Below are positions 20,231 to 30,153 of a stretch of 64,000 bases of DNA, one piece after another. A model generated the notes under the pieces. That model searched no databases. It was given only the letters and a program-made list of their open reading frames with translations, and was not told where the DNA came from. Where the stretch lies: positions 27,148 to 91,147 of the forward strand of contig CAKPCU010000001.1 in the NCBI GenBank assembly GCA_934148015.1. The letters run 5' to 3'. The translations under genes were made by a program, and so were the position numbers. Position 1 is the stretch's first letter. Every line of letters begins with the position of its first letter. The stretch is from an uncultured Bacilli bacterium (GTDB taxonomy: Bacteria; Bacillota_I; Bacilli_A; RF39; UBA660).

Positions 20231-20854
20231 TTATTTTTTTAAATTCATTTCCAATTTTTTATATGTTTTATTACTATTTTGCATAAATTGAATTGCACTA
20301 ATTACAGCAGTTGAATCAAAATAACTTCTATAGTAATAACTGTCTGTTAAATATCCACTTATTCCATTTACCTTTTTATTATTTTCATTACCTATTATTT
20401 TTTCAATTACTTTATTTAGTGATTTACCATCCTTTACCCAATCAAACATAGCTTTAGTTATTTGTAACCCTTGTGATTTTCCAAAGTACTCATTTTTACT
20501 TGAATCCATAATAGACGCATAAGTAATTATAAAATAATAATCATTAATTTGCTCATATCCACCTTCAATACTAATTAGTAAATCAAAATTGATATTATTT
20601 TCTATGCAATACTTTAATAATTCTTGATTTCTATTATGTGCTCCTGTTAAAATTTCTCCATTTATTGGCTTTGAACTAACATAAGAATCAACCTCTAAAG
20701 ATTCAATTTCAAAATTATCTATACCTAATTCTATTAAAGCTATAATTATCGCTTCTTTTTTCGAATTATTTTGAGAGCCTAGAATAATTTTAATAGTAAT
20801 CACCTCTTTCATTAATAATACACTGTGTTCACAAGATTTATATTGTTTAGACAA
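20231..20854 (-). CDS. non-canonical purine NTP phosphatase (inosine/xanthosine triphosphatase, YjjX/DUF84 family)
   Basis: ILGSQN.SKKEAI, VDSYVSSKPINGEILTGAHNR, ISIEGGY pattern matching DUF84. Likely true start at internal MKEVITIKIILGS (about 20812). Confidence 0.6.
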   Translation of the reverse strand: MSKQYKSCEHSVLLMKEVITIKIILGSQNNSKKEAIIIALIELGIDNFEIESLEVDSYVSSKPINGEILTGAHNRNQELLKYCIENNINFDLLISIEGGYEQINDYYFIITYASIMDSSKNEYFGKSQGLQITKAMFDWVKDGKSLNKVIEKIIGNENNKKVNGISGYLTDSYYYRSYFDSTAVISAIQFMQNSNKTYKKLEMNLKK

Positions 20855-20909
20855 ATCACGGATAAATTTTTCAATTTTTAAAAATGCTTATTTTATTGGG
20901 GTTTGCGAG

Positions 20910-23405
20910 CTATTTTCCACAGCAATTCTTATATTTCTTTCCAGAGCCACATGGACAAGGATCATTTCTTCCAACCTTTTTTGCCTTCTTTATTGTTTTA
21001 CCAGAAGTATTTTCTTTAACTTCATTTGTATTACCTTTTACTTGCTTAACTTCAAGATTTTGTCTAATTTCTGCCTTTAATAGATATAAAGTTATATCCT
21101 TACTTATATTATCAAGCATATTATCAAACATTTCAAATCCTTCTCTTATATAAGCTTGAAGTGGATCTTCATTTGCATATCCTCTTAATGATACACCTTC
21201 TCTTAAGTGATCCATAGTGTTAATATGTTCCATCCAATAATTATCAATAACTCTTAAACTAATAGCTTTTTCAAAGTCATTTCTAATTTCTGGTGGTAAA
21301 TCTTTTATTTTTTCTTCATATTCATTAATTGTTTTAGTTTCAATTAAATCTATTATTTCAGTTATATCTTTATTTAATATTTCAGATAATTTTAAATTAC
21401 TATTTTTAAGTAAATTTTCATTTACGTATTCAACTATTTCATTACAATCATCTTCTGTAATTACACCATGTTCATTAGTATGTCTTCTAACTAATCCATC
21501 TATATGTTCATTCATATATTTAATTATTTCTAAATGAATATCATCATTATCTAATATTTCATTTCTTCTAGCATACATAATTTCACGATGTTTACCCATT
21601 ACATCATCATACTGTAATAAGTGTTTACGTGCATCAAAGTTATTACCTTCAACTCTTTTTTGTGCCGTTTCAACTGATCTAGTAATAGTTTTACTACGCA
21701 TATTTCTTTCACTATCTAAACCAGCCATTTCTAGAATTGATTTAAATCTATCTGTACCAAATCTAACCATTAAATCATCTTCAAATGATACGAAGAACTG
21801 ACTATATCCTGGATCTCCTTGACGTCCTGAACGACCTCTTAACTGATTATCAATACGACGTGATTCATGTCTTTCAGTTCCAATTACACATAATCCGCCA
21901 AGTTCTTTAACGCCCTCACCTAATTTAATATCAGTACCACGACCAGCCATATTAGTTGCTATAGTTACAGCACCCTTTTCTCCAGCTTTTGCTATAATTT
22001 CAGCTTCTCTTGCATGGTTCTTTGCATTTAATATTTCATGCTTAATACCAGCTTTTTTTAACATACTAGATATTAATTCACTAGTTTCAATCGCAATTGT
22101 ACCAACTAACACTGGTTGACCTGTTTCATGTCTTTTTTTAATTTCAGCAACTATTGCTTTATATTTTTCATCTTTTGTTGCATATATTAAATCCGCAGCA
22201 TCTACTCTTATTACTGGTAAATTAGTAGGTATTTGTATAACAAACATATTATATATGTTTCTAAACTCTTCTTCTTCTGTTTTAGCAGTACCAGTCATAC
22301 CAGATAATTTTTCATACATTCTAAAGTAATTTTGGAATGTTATAGTAGCTAGTGTCTTAGTTTCTTCTTGAACTTGAACATTTTCCTTAGCTTCTATAGC
22401 TTGATGTAAGCCATCAGAAAATGCTCTACCTGGCATAAGTCTTCCAGTAAATTGGTCAACTATTACTACCTTACCTTCTTGAACTACATAATCTACATCA
22501 TTATTCATTGTATAATTCGCCTTTAAAGCTTGGTTAATATGGTGTACTAATGCAGAATGTTCTATATCATATAAGTTCTTTATTCTAAAACTGCGTTCTG
22601 CTTTTTCTGTACCATTATCTGTTAAAGTAATATCTTTTGTCTTTTCATCTATTGTATAATCTTCATTTTCTCTTAATGTTTTAACAAATCTATCAGATGA
22701 TTTATAAAGATCAGCAGATTTCATTACACCACCAGATATAATAAGAGGAGTTCTAGCTTCATCTATTAATACTGAGTCAACCTCATCTATTATTGCAAAG
22801 TTAAGTGGTCTTTGAACCCTATCTTCTTTTCTTACAACCATATTATCTCTTAAATAATCAAATCCTAGTTCATTATTTGTAGAATATAATATGTCACAGT
22901 TATATGCATCTTTTTTCTCTTTAGGACTCATTTCTCTTAAGTTAACTGCAACGCTCATTCCTAAAAATTCAAATATTTGTCCCATCCAAGATGCATCACG
23001 ACCTGCTAAGTATTCATTTACAGTAACAACATGTACACCTTTTCCAGTAAGTGCATTTAAATAAGCTGGCATAACACATGTTAATGTTTTACCTTCACCT
23101 GTCTTCATCTCAGAAATATTACCAAAGTGAATAGCTAAAGCACCTAGTATTTGTGTATAAAAAGGTTTTTCTCCAATTGTTCTATATGCTGCTTCTCTAA
23201 CTAAAGCAAAAGCATCAGGTATTAAATCATCTAATGATTCTCCTTCATCTAATCTTTTTTTTAGTTTATCAGTTGTAGCCTTTAATTGTTTATCTGTCTT
23301 TTTTTGATACTCTTCATCTAAAGCGACAACTTTATCTGCTATTAATTTAAATCTGTTTAATTCTTTATATTCATGATCAAATATATTTTTTAAGAAATTA
23401 AGCAT
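20910..23405 (-). CDS. secA: preprotein translocase ATPase SecA
   Basis: 831 aa; DEAD-like motor motifs, C-terminal zinc-binding tail CPCGSGKKYKNCCG. Confidence 0.97.
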   Translation of the reverse strand: MLNFLKNIFDHEYKELNRFKLIADKVVALDEEYQKKTDKQLKATTDKLKKRLDEGESLDDLIPDAFALVREAAYRTIGEKPFYTQILGALAIHFGNISEMKTGEGKTLTCVMPAYLNALTGKGVHVVTVNEYLAGRDASWMGQIFEFLGMSVAVNLREMSPKEKKDAYNCDILYSTNNELGFDYLRDNMVVRKEDRVQRPLNFAIIDEVDSVLIDEARTPLIISGGVMKSADLYKSSDRFVKTLRENEDYTIDEKTKDITLTDNGTEKAERSFRIKNLYDIEHSALVHHINQALKANYTMNNDVDYVVQEGKVVIVDQFTGRLMPGRAFSDGLHQAIEAKENVQVQEETKTLATITFQNYFRMYEKLSGMTGTAKTEEEEFRNIYNMFVIQIPTNLPVIRVDAADLIYATKDEKYKAIVAEIKKRHETGQPVLVGTIAIETSELISSMLKKAGIKHEILNAKNHAREAEIIAKAGEKGAVTIATNMAGRGTDIKLGEGVKELGGLCVIGTERHESRRIDNQLRGRSGRQGDPGYSQFFVSFEDDLMVRFGTDRFKSILEMAGLDSERNMRSKTITRSVETAQKRVEGNNFDARKHLLQYDDVMGKHREIMYARRNEILDNDDIHLEIIKYMNEHIDGLVRRHTNEHGVITEDDCNEIVEYVNENLLKNSNLKLSEILNKDITEIIDLIETKTINEYEEKIKDLPPEIRNDFEKAISLRVIDNYWMEHINTMDHLREGVSLRGYANEDPLQAYIREGFEMFDNMLDNISKDITLYLLKAEIRQNLEVKQVKGNTNEVKENTSGKTIKKAKKVGRNDPCPCGSGKKYKNCCGK

Positions 23406-23488
23406 AATATAATCATCTCCTTAAAGATTATTGTAACAAAAAAAAGAAAATATTCAAAGTAATATTGAGTATTTTCTTTCTAAACTTT

Positions 23489-24019
23489 TTATTTTGTTTC
23501 TATAATTCCGTAATTACCATCTTTTCTTTGATATAACACACATATAGAGTTTGTATCCGTATTTTTAAATACAAAGAATGAGTGACCTAACATATTCATT
23601 TGAAGCATAGCCTCTTCTTCATCCATAGGCTTCATATCTATTTTCTTTCTTTTTAAAACCACTTGGTCATCATCTTCAAAGCTTTCTTCTAATTCTAATT
23701 CAAAATTTTGTATCATATTTTTTTTAATTTTAGAATTAAGCTTTGTTTTATTTTTTCTGATTTGTCTTTCTAATTTGTCGACTGTAAGATCAATTGCCGC
23801 ATATAAATCATTGTGGGATTCTTCGCTTCTTAAAGTATAACTCATTGCAGGAATTGTAATTTCTATTTTTTGGTCTTTTCCACGTATCTTAATAACCACA
23901 CTTGCTTCAATATCATCTGCATTTTCGAAATACTTATCTAGCTTACCAATCTTATCCTCTATATAAGATTTAATAGCTGGTGTAATTTCTACTTTTTCAC
24001 CACGAATTTTATATTTCAT
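23489..24019 (-). CDS. hpf: ribosome hibernation-promoting factor, long form (HPF/YvyD)
   Basis: MKYKIRGEKVEITPAIKSYIEDKIGKLDKYF... plus C-terminal dimerisation domain. Track ORF extends 13 codons upstream; MKYKIRG start preferred. Confidence 0.9.
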   Translation of the reverse strand: MKYKIRGEKVEITPAIKSYIEDKIGKLDKYFENADDIEASVVIKIRGKDQKIEITIPAMSYTLRSEESHNDLYAAIDLTVDKLERQIRKNKTKLNSKIKKNMIQNFELELEESFEDDDQVVLKRKKIDMKPMDEEEAMLQMNMLGHSFFVFKNTDTNSICVLYQRKDGNYGIIETK

Positions 24020-24072
24020 ATTATCAATCCTTTCTACAATTAAATTATACCACAACATAAAAAGAAATGCTA

Positions 24073-24315
24073 CTATGAAGTAGTAACATTTGATGTTTCT
24101 TTTACATTAGAAACTTCTCTAACGTTAATTGCTTGTAAACCTTTTTCAGTTTCAAGTAATTCATATTCAACTATTTGACCTTCACTAAGAGTCTTATATC
24201 CATCTTGTTTAATAGCTGAGTAATGAACAAATATGTCCTCACCGTCTTGAACATCAATAAAACCATAGCCTTTTTCATTGTTGAACCATTTAATTTTTCC
24301 TATTCTAGTCATCAA
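24073..24315 (-). CDS. cold-shock protein (CspA family) with a short Ser/Thr-rich C-terminal tail
   Basis: [29 protein letters not shown] (RNP1/RNP2 motifs); about 14 extra C-terminal residues [15 protein letters not shown]. Confidence 0.9.
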   Translation of the reverse strand: MMTRIGKIKWFNNEKGYGFIDVQDGEDIFVHYSAIKQDGYKTLSEGQIVEYELLETEKGLQAINVREVSNVKETSNVTTS

Positions 24316-24614
24316 CTACACCTCACTTCCCTTTGTTATTACACTTTTAATATACATCTTTGAACACTCCTTTTTCAATATTTATCGTACTTCAAAAAAC
24401 GACATTATTTTAAAGGTGCATGAACATCATACCAAATGTTTAACTAAAATTATGTTTTTTACGTTTAGATGTTATTTTTAACCTATAAAAGGTAATATTT
24501 TATCTTTTTTATTAAATTTACTTCTACTTATCATTCATTTCCATGTTTCGAAAGTAAAATTAACTATTTTTTATCATTTGGATGTAGAATTGTATCAGAA
24601 AAACGAGGTGTGGT

Positions 24615-25220
24615 ATGAAAAAACGTTTTTTAAAAAATATTAGAACTGCTATAAAAAAACAGTATCCTAATTATAATAATGATAAAATTAATGAAATAAT
24701 GTATGGTATAGAAGGTCTTTATTTAACCTTTACTAAAACGGTAGTAATATGCATTATAGCACTGATATTAGGAATATTTAAAGAACTCATCTATTTATTA
24801 GTTGCTTTTAACTTTATAAGATTATTCGCATTTGGTATGCATGCTAGCAAAAGTTCTATATGTCTTATATTCTCTAGTCTAGTATTTATTATATTTTCAA
24901 TTTTATGTAAATACATAGTCTTACCAAAATATTTACTATATATGTTATATTTAATAGTTCTAGTAATTATAAGTTTATATGCTCCTGCTGATACTATTAA
25001 AAGACCTTTAATAAAAAGAAACAAAAGAATTAAGTTCAAGATTCTTTCTATAATGGTAGTTATAATATATTTTATATTAACATTAGTACTTAAAAATAAT
25101 TTACTTATAAATAGCTTAATATTTGGATTATTAATAGAATGTATATTAATTAATCCTATTACATATAAGGTATTTAAGATGCCTTATAAAAACTATATTA
25201 CATATAATTTAAACGCTTAA
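24615..25220 (+). CDS. agrB: accessory gene regulator B, membrane endopeptidase processing AgrD
   Basis: 201 aa polytopic protein, AgrB-like N-terminus MKKRFLKNIRTAIKKQ, conserved catalytic His/Cys region FAFGMHASKSSIC; followed directly by an AgrD-like ORF. Confidence 0.8.
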   Translation: MKKRFLKNIRTAIKKQYPNYNNDKINEIMYGIEGLYLTFTKTVVICIIALILGIFKELIYLLVAFNFIRLFAFGMHASKSSICLIFSSLVFIIFSILCKYIVLPKYLLYMLYLIVLVIISLYAPADTIKRPLIKRNKRIKFKILSIMVVIIYFILTLVLKNNLLINSLIFGLLIECILINPITYKVFKMPYKNYITYNLNA

Positions 25221-25261
25221 TATAGTGGTTAAATAAATATTTGAAAGGAGGTATACTTAAT

Positions 25262-25387
25262 ATGAAAGCTTTATTTGTTTCTGCAATTTCTGCTTTAGGA
25301 GCATTACTTGCTGCTACTGCTACAAATGGGTGTCTTGCTATTTGGGTTGATGAACCTAAAATGCCAAAGTCAATGATAGAAAAATAA
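25262..25387 (+). CDS. agrD: autoinducing peptide precursor AgrD (not in ORF track)
   Basis: RBS GAAAGGAGG 10 nt upstream; 41 aa MKALFVSAISALGALLAATATNGCLAIWVDEPKMPKSMIEK with amphipathic leader, single Cys24, then the conserved acidic/Pro recognition tail (DEPKMP). Confidence 0.7.
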   Translation: MKALFVSAISALGALLAATATNGCLAIWVDEPKMPKSMIEK

Positions 25388-25394
25388 TAAAAAA

Positions 25395-25428
25395 ATAGTT
25401 ATGAAGCTGATTCATAACTATTTTTTAT
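25395..25428. terminator. bidirectional terminator between convergent agrD and agrC
   Basis: Hairpin ATAGTTATGAA-gctga-TTCATAACTAT followed by TTTTTATTTTTT; agrC stop codon lies inside the right arm. Confidence 0.6.
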
Positions 25429-26722
25429 TTTTTATTTTAACTGTTAAATCTGTTACATAATAATTATCTTCTAAATACCTATTAATATCAAAAGAATGAT
25501 TTGTACTTATGATATCTTCAACTAACCTAAGACCATAACCTCTACCTTTTCCTTTAGTAGTATATCCTGTTCCAATTTTATTTAAATCTATCTTGCCTGT
25601 ATAGGTATTATAAATACTAAATATTATTTTATCATCACTCTTTTTAGTAATTATTAATATTTTCTTATTTTTACTTTTAAATGATGCTTCTATTGCGTTA
25701 TCCAATAACACTCCAAGTATTTTAGTTATATTTTTATACATATTAGTTTCAAGTGATGATAATTTTCTTTTAACACCATTACCAACATTTATATCATAAC
25801 TAATATTCATATCTTCCATAGTAGACAGTTTATAATATAAAAGACCCTTTATACCACCATCTGGAAAATTATTTAATTGACTTATTAAATAACTACTATG
25901 CGTTTTCTTTGCATCATCTGTTATAGAATCTAAATAATCAATTAACTTTTTAGAATCATTCATTTTAGCATAACCCTTAATTACCATTAACTGATTTTTG
26001 AATTCATGATTTGCTTTTCCTTGTTCTGTTATTATTTTTTCATATTTAGTAACATAATTAAGCATTTGACTATTTACTTCTTGTAATTGTTCTGCCTTTA
26101 ATTGCTTTCTTATTAATAAGGTTATTATGGCTATTGAAGAAATTAGAAAAAGTATATTTATATAGTAATTTGATTTCAAGATTAAATTTAATCCATTTTT
26201 TGATACAAGTAAATATAACATAATTAAAAGTGCATACAAATAATATATATACTTTTTATGTTTTTCGAAAAAATTTAATAATTTATTAAACAATTTTCTT
26301 AAAACTGGTAAAATAGATAATATTACTGACAATCCTGATACTAAAATATTAGTAATCATATTGAAAAATGGATTATTTACCAAATCAACAGAACTAAAAC
26401 CTAACAAAACCAACAATAAGGTTATTATCATTTCTGAAATAGTTAATAATATTGTTATTATAATCGTATATAATACCGACTTTTTATTTCTTATATTTAA
26501 AATGTAATTTATTAAAAGAGTAATTATCGTTATAAAAACAAGAAATCTTATCTTATTTGGTATAAACATAGATACCAAAATAAAATATACCCATGAAGCA
26601 ACAAAAAACATAAACAAATTCTTTTTACATAAATTCTTCTTTAGTTTTGTCATTATTATAGTTGTTGCAAGTGATTGTGATAACGATGCAAATAAAGTTA
26701 CTAAAATTTTCTCTACATTCAT
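25418..26722 (-). CDS. agrC: AgrC-like sensor histidine kinase (HPK10 family, GHKL ATPase)
   Basis: 434 aa; 6-7 N-terminal TM helices, H-box NHEFKNQLMVIKGY, C-terminal G-box GKGRGYGLRLVEDI. Confidence 0.8.
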   Translation of the reverse strand: MNVEKILVTLFASLSQSLATTIIMTKLKKNLCKKNLFMFFVASWVYFILVSMFIPNKIRFLVFITIITLLINYILNIRNKKSVLYTIIITILLTISEMIITLLLVLLGFSSVDLVNNPFFNMITNILVSGLSVILSILPVLRKLFNKLLNFFEKHKKYIYYLYALLIMLYLLVSKNGLNLILKSNYYINILFLISSIAIITLLIRKQLKAEQLQEVNSQMLNYVTKYEKIITEQGKANHEFKNQLMVIKGYAKMNDSKKLIDYLDSITDDAKKTHSSYLISQLNNFPDGGIKGLLYYKLSTMEDMNISYDINVGNGVKRKLSSLETNMYKNITKILGVLLDNAIEASFKSKNKKILIITKKSDDKIIFSIYNTYTGKIDLNKIGTGYTTKGKGRGYGLRLVEDIISTNHSFDINRYLEDNYYVTDLTVKIKNKK

Positions 26723-27450
26723 TACTCAGACCTCAATCTTTCTTTTAAGCCTTTTTTATAATTTCTTGATAAATAATCTATACTATCATCATTTGTAAAA
26801 TATATAATATCATTCTTAAAATCTGCACATTTAATATTATTTAAATTAACATAACATGCTCTATGTGATTGATAAAACCTATTATCTAATTGTTTAGCAA
26901 CACTAGTTAAAGTATCTCTAACATAATATTCCTTATCAATAGCTTTTATTTTTGTTTTATCTTTTGCACTATCTCTGAATATGTATAATATATTATCATA
27001 CTTTATATGATAAAGTTCTTTATCTTGTTTAAACACAAGGGTACTTCTGCGGTTTAAGTTTTTAATTACAATATTAATTGAATCCGTTAATCTTTTCTCA
27101 TAGTTATCAAATTTAGATATGAAATCAAAAATTAATAGTTTTTCTTTAAATAGTTTTAATTCTAATTCATCATGTGAAGTTAATACTATTATAATACTAT
27201 CCCAATCTACTTTTCTTATATCTTGAGCAATTTCAAGACCTGTTTTATCAGGAAGTTCTAAGTCTAAAATATATATCTTCAAATCAGATGGTGTATTTAT
27301 AATTTTATTCAAGTTATTATTATACTTTTCAAAAGAATGAACGGTATAATCAAAGTCATACGGCATAGTAATTTTAGAAATTAAAGCTTCATGCAAATCT
27401 CTTACATTCTTATTATCTTCACAAATTATAAAATTTATCATATTACTCAC
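26722..27450 (-). CDS. agrA: AgrA-like LytTR-family response regulator
   Basis: 242 aa; receiver domain (D at ILDLELPDKTG) plus C-terminal LytTR DNA-binding domain (...IKYDNILYIFRDSAKDKTKIKAIDKEYYVRDTL...). Confidence 0.85.
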   Translation of the reverse strand: MSNMINFIICEDNKNVRDLHEALISKITMPYDFDYTVHSFEKYNNNLNKIINTPSDLKIYILDLELPDKTGLEIAQDIRKVDWDSIIIVLTSHDELELKLFKEKLLIFDFISKFDNYEKRLTDSINIVIKNLNRRSTLVFKQDKELYHIKYDNILYIFRDSAKDKTKIKAIDKEYYVRDTLTSVAKQLDNRFYQSHRACYVNLNNIKCADFKNDIIYFTNDDSIDYLSRNYKKGLKERLRSE

Positions 27451-27518
27451 CTAGTTTTAATTATAACACAAATATTTCCAAAAATTTCCAATAAATTACA
27501 ATTTTTTAAACGCATTAA

Positions 27519-27556
27519 AAAAGATATATATTTTTTTATTTTATATATCTTTTTTA
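27519..27556. terminator. rho-independent terminator downstream of mreB
   Basis: 12-bp AT-rich stem AAAAGATATATA / TATATATCTTTT with T-runs on both strands. Confidence 0.5.
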
Positions 27557-28528
27557 TAAATTTTCTAATATTATTCCTGTTCCCTCAGCAACACAAGTTA
27601 ATGGACTATCTGCTATTTTAACTGGAACCTTTATTTCTTTTTGAATTAATTTATCTAATCCATCTAGTAATGCACCACCACCAGTTAGAATAATACCTTT
27701 ATCTATAATATCAGCTGATATTTCAGGCTCTATTTTCTCTAGTACAGTTTTAGCTGCATGAATTATCATATATACACTATCTTTTATAGCTTCCCTTACT
27801 TCATTTGATGTTATTTCAATGGTTTTAGGAAGACCAGATAATAAGTCTCTTCCTCTTACTTGTATACTTTTTTTCTTATCACTTTCTAAAACAGTACCTA
27901 TTTTTATTTTTATTTGTTCTGCAGTTACTTCTCCTATTAGCAATTTATATTTACTTTTAATATATTTTATAATATCAGCATCAAAGGTGTTACCTGCAAT
28001 CTTAATAGATTCGCTATATACTATACCATCTAATGATAAAACAGCTATGTCGGTTGTTCCACCACCTATATCTATTACCATGTTTCCACTAGGAAGACCT
28101 ATTTCAAGTCCTGCTCCTACTGCTGCTACTTTAGGTTCTTCTTCTACATAAACTTTTTTAGCACCAGTTCTTTCAGCAACCTCTCTTATTGCGTTTTTTT
28201 CAACCTGAGTAATATTTGATGGACAGCATATAAGTATTCTTGGTTTTGAAAAAATTGTTTTTCCTTTTATCTTTTTAATAAAGTAATCTAACATGATTTC
28301 AGTTTTATCAAAATCAGCTATAACCCCATCTTTTAAAGGCTTAATTGCGATAACACTTCCAGGCGTTCTACCTAACATTTCATGTGCTTTAGCACCTATT
28401 GCTAGTACTTTTCCACTATCTTTGTCTATTGCAATTACACTAGGTTCACTTAAAACAACACCTTCTCCTTTAACATATATAAGTATATTTGCAGTGCCTA
28501 AATCTATTCCTATATCTTTATTCTTCAT
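27554..28528 (-). CDS. mreB: rod-shape determining actin homolog MreB/Mbl
   Basis: 324 aa; GIDLGTANILIYV phosphate-1 motif, DIGGGTTDIAV phosphate-2 motif. Confidence 0.9.
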   Translation of the reverse strand: MKNKDIGIDLGTANILIYVKGEGVVLSEPSVIAIDKDSGKVLAIGAKAHEMLGRTPGSVIAIKPLKDGVIADFDKTEIMLDYFIKKIKGKTIFSKPRILICCPSNITQVEKNAIREVAERTGAKKVYVEEEPKVAAVGAGLEIGLPSGNMVIDIGGGTTDIAVLSLDGIVYSESIKIAGNTFDADIIKYIKSKYKLLIGEVTAEQIKIKIGTVLESDKKKSIQVRGRDLLSGLPKTIEITSNEVREAIKDSVYMIIHAAKTVLEKIEPEISADIIDKGIILTGGGALLDGLDKLIQKEIKVPVKIADSPLTCVAEGTGIILENL

Positions 28529-29183
28529 TATTTTTAACTGATAATTCTTTCAAAGATTTACCATAATATTTTTCTGGATTTACTACACTGCCATTTACAT
28601 ACATTTCAAGATGTAATCCATTTTGTATATCACTATTAAGAGCACAAGTACCGCTTTTACCAATTACTTTACCACTTGTTACTACATCACCTTTTTTTAC
28701 ATTAACTTCTGATAATGATTGATATGTAATTACTAATTCTGTAGAACTTTTTATTTCAATTGTTTTACCAAGTAGTGGATCATCAGATATATTTGTTACT
28801 GTTCCTTTTGTAATAGAAATAACATCAAATGCTTCATCTGATTTATAGTCTACACCTGAATTTTGCATATAAATTCCTTCATGATATATTATTGATTTTT
28901 GTTGTTCTGTCTCTTCAGCGTCTTTATCATAAAAGTTTTTATAAATACTTACTTTTTCACTTGTATAAGGTTTAGATATTTTTTCATCTTGACTTATAAC
29001 TGGATAATAACTATCAAATATATAATCATTAACATAAGTATAATCATCATTTGCATTAATAACCTTTTTTGCTTCATTATTATTAATTATTGTTATACTT
29101 ACTAAAAGTAATAAAAATACTCCAAATGATATAAGTGATATTTTAACTGCTGGTTTTAATCTTCTTTTCTTCATTTTTTTCAC
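28518..29183 (-). CDS. membrane-anchored LytM/M23-domain protein, SpoIIQ-like
   Basis: 221 aa; N-terminal TM anchor, C-terminal M23 fold with GLHLEMYVNGSVVNP (HxH motif) but the first metal-binding motif looks degenerate (YHEGIYM); encoded between spoIID and mreB as spoIIQ is in Clostridia. Confidence 0.55.
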   Translation of the reverse strand: MKKMKKRRLKPAVKISLISFGVFLLLLVSITIINNNEAKKVINANDDYTYVNDYIFDSYYPVISQDEKISKPYTSEKVSIYKNFYDKDAEETEQQKSIIYHEGIYMQNSGVDYKSDEAFDVISITKGTVTNISDDPLLGKTIEIKSSTELVITYQSLSEVNVKKGDVVTSGKVIGKSGTCALNSDIQNGLHLEMYVNGSVVNPEKYYGKSLKELSVKNNEE

Positions 29184-29223
29184 CTCTCATTTTAAGTTTT
29201 ATCAAAATGAAGAAAATTATACA

Positions 29224-30144
29224 TTAATTTATTTTTTTTATTACACAATTTTTATAATAATAAGTTAATATTTGTTTATAATTATATCCTTCCTTTGCCA
29301 TTCCGTTTGCACCATACTGACTTAATCCAACACCATGACCAAAACCATTAACATTAAATTTAACTTTTTCATTATCTAACTTTATATCAAAACTAGTTGA
29401 TTTTAAACCAAATATTTTTCTTATTTCTCTTCCTGTATATTTTTTATTATTTATTGTTATTTCTTTTACTCTTTTCGAATTAGTTCTTACTATATTATCT
29501 ATTTTTATATCACTATCTATATTAAGTCCTAAATTATATAAAAATTCTTTTTTAGTAAACTCATTAGTACTTGAAAAAGCAGGAGATTCCTTCTTATCCC
29601 ATTTTGATTCAACACTAACTAAATAAGGAAAATAGCTAGAAAATACATCTAAAGAGCTTTCTGTATAACCATTACTAGTAGAAAAAAATAAAGCATCTAT
29701 TAACTTATTATCATATAAAACAGCTTCTCCATTAGTTTCTTTTACTGCTTTTTTTATTTTATTTAAATAAGTATCATAATTATTATCCCACTTTTTTTTC
29801 ATTTGATCATAATCTATATATACCTGATTTGTTGTACTATCTGTAACATCATATGAATTATCTTTTTTTATTCTTTTCATAACATACGTTCTAGATGCAA
29901 CTGCTTGTGATTTTAATGCTTCCATCTCAAAATTAGCAGGCATTTCGCCCGCTACTACACCAATTACATACTCTTCTATTGGAATTTTTACTATATTACC
30001 AGTTGATGATCTTTTAACTTTAACCACAATATTATTATAACTACCATATTTTATTTTATTTTCTATACTTATCTTTTTATCTGTGCCTATTATTAATAAT
30101 GGTATTAGAATTATAATAAAGGTTAAAATTAGTACTTTTTTCAT
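29224..30144 (-). CDS. spoIID: stage II sporulation protein D (lytic transglycosylase)
   Basis: 306 aa; signal anchor; SpoIID/LytB motif VAGEMPANFEMEALKSQAVASRTYV, C-terminal NGFGHGVGLSQYGANGMA. Confidence 0.85.
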   Translation of the reverse strand: MKKVLILTFIIILIPLLIIGTDKKISIENKIKYGSYNNIVVKVKRSSTGNIVKIPIEEYVIGVVAGEMPANFEMEALKSQAVASRTYVMKRIKKDNSYDVTDSTTNQVYIDYDQMKKKWDNNYDTYLNKIKKAVKETNGEAVLYDNKLIDALFFSTSNGYTESSLDVFSSYFPYLVSVESKWDKKESPAFSSTNEFTKKEFLYNLGLNIDSDIKIDNIVRTNSKRVKEITINNKKYTGREIRKIFGLKSTSFDIKLDNEKVKFNVNGFGHGVGLSQYGANGMAKEGYNYKQILTYYYKNCVIKKIN

Positions 30145-30153
30145 ATACTCTCC

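Noticed and set aside
27819-28541. Two plus-strand ORFs (110 and 82 aa) inside mreB
   Set aside because: Antisense shadows of mreB.
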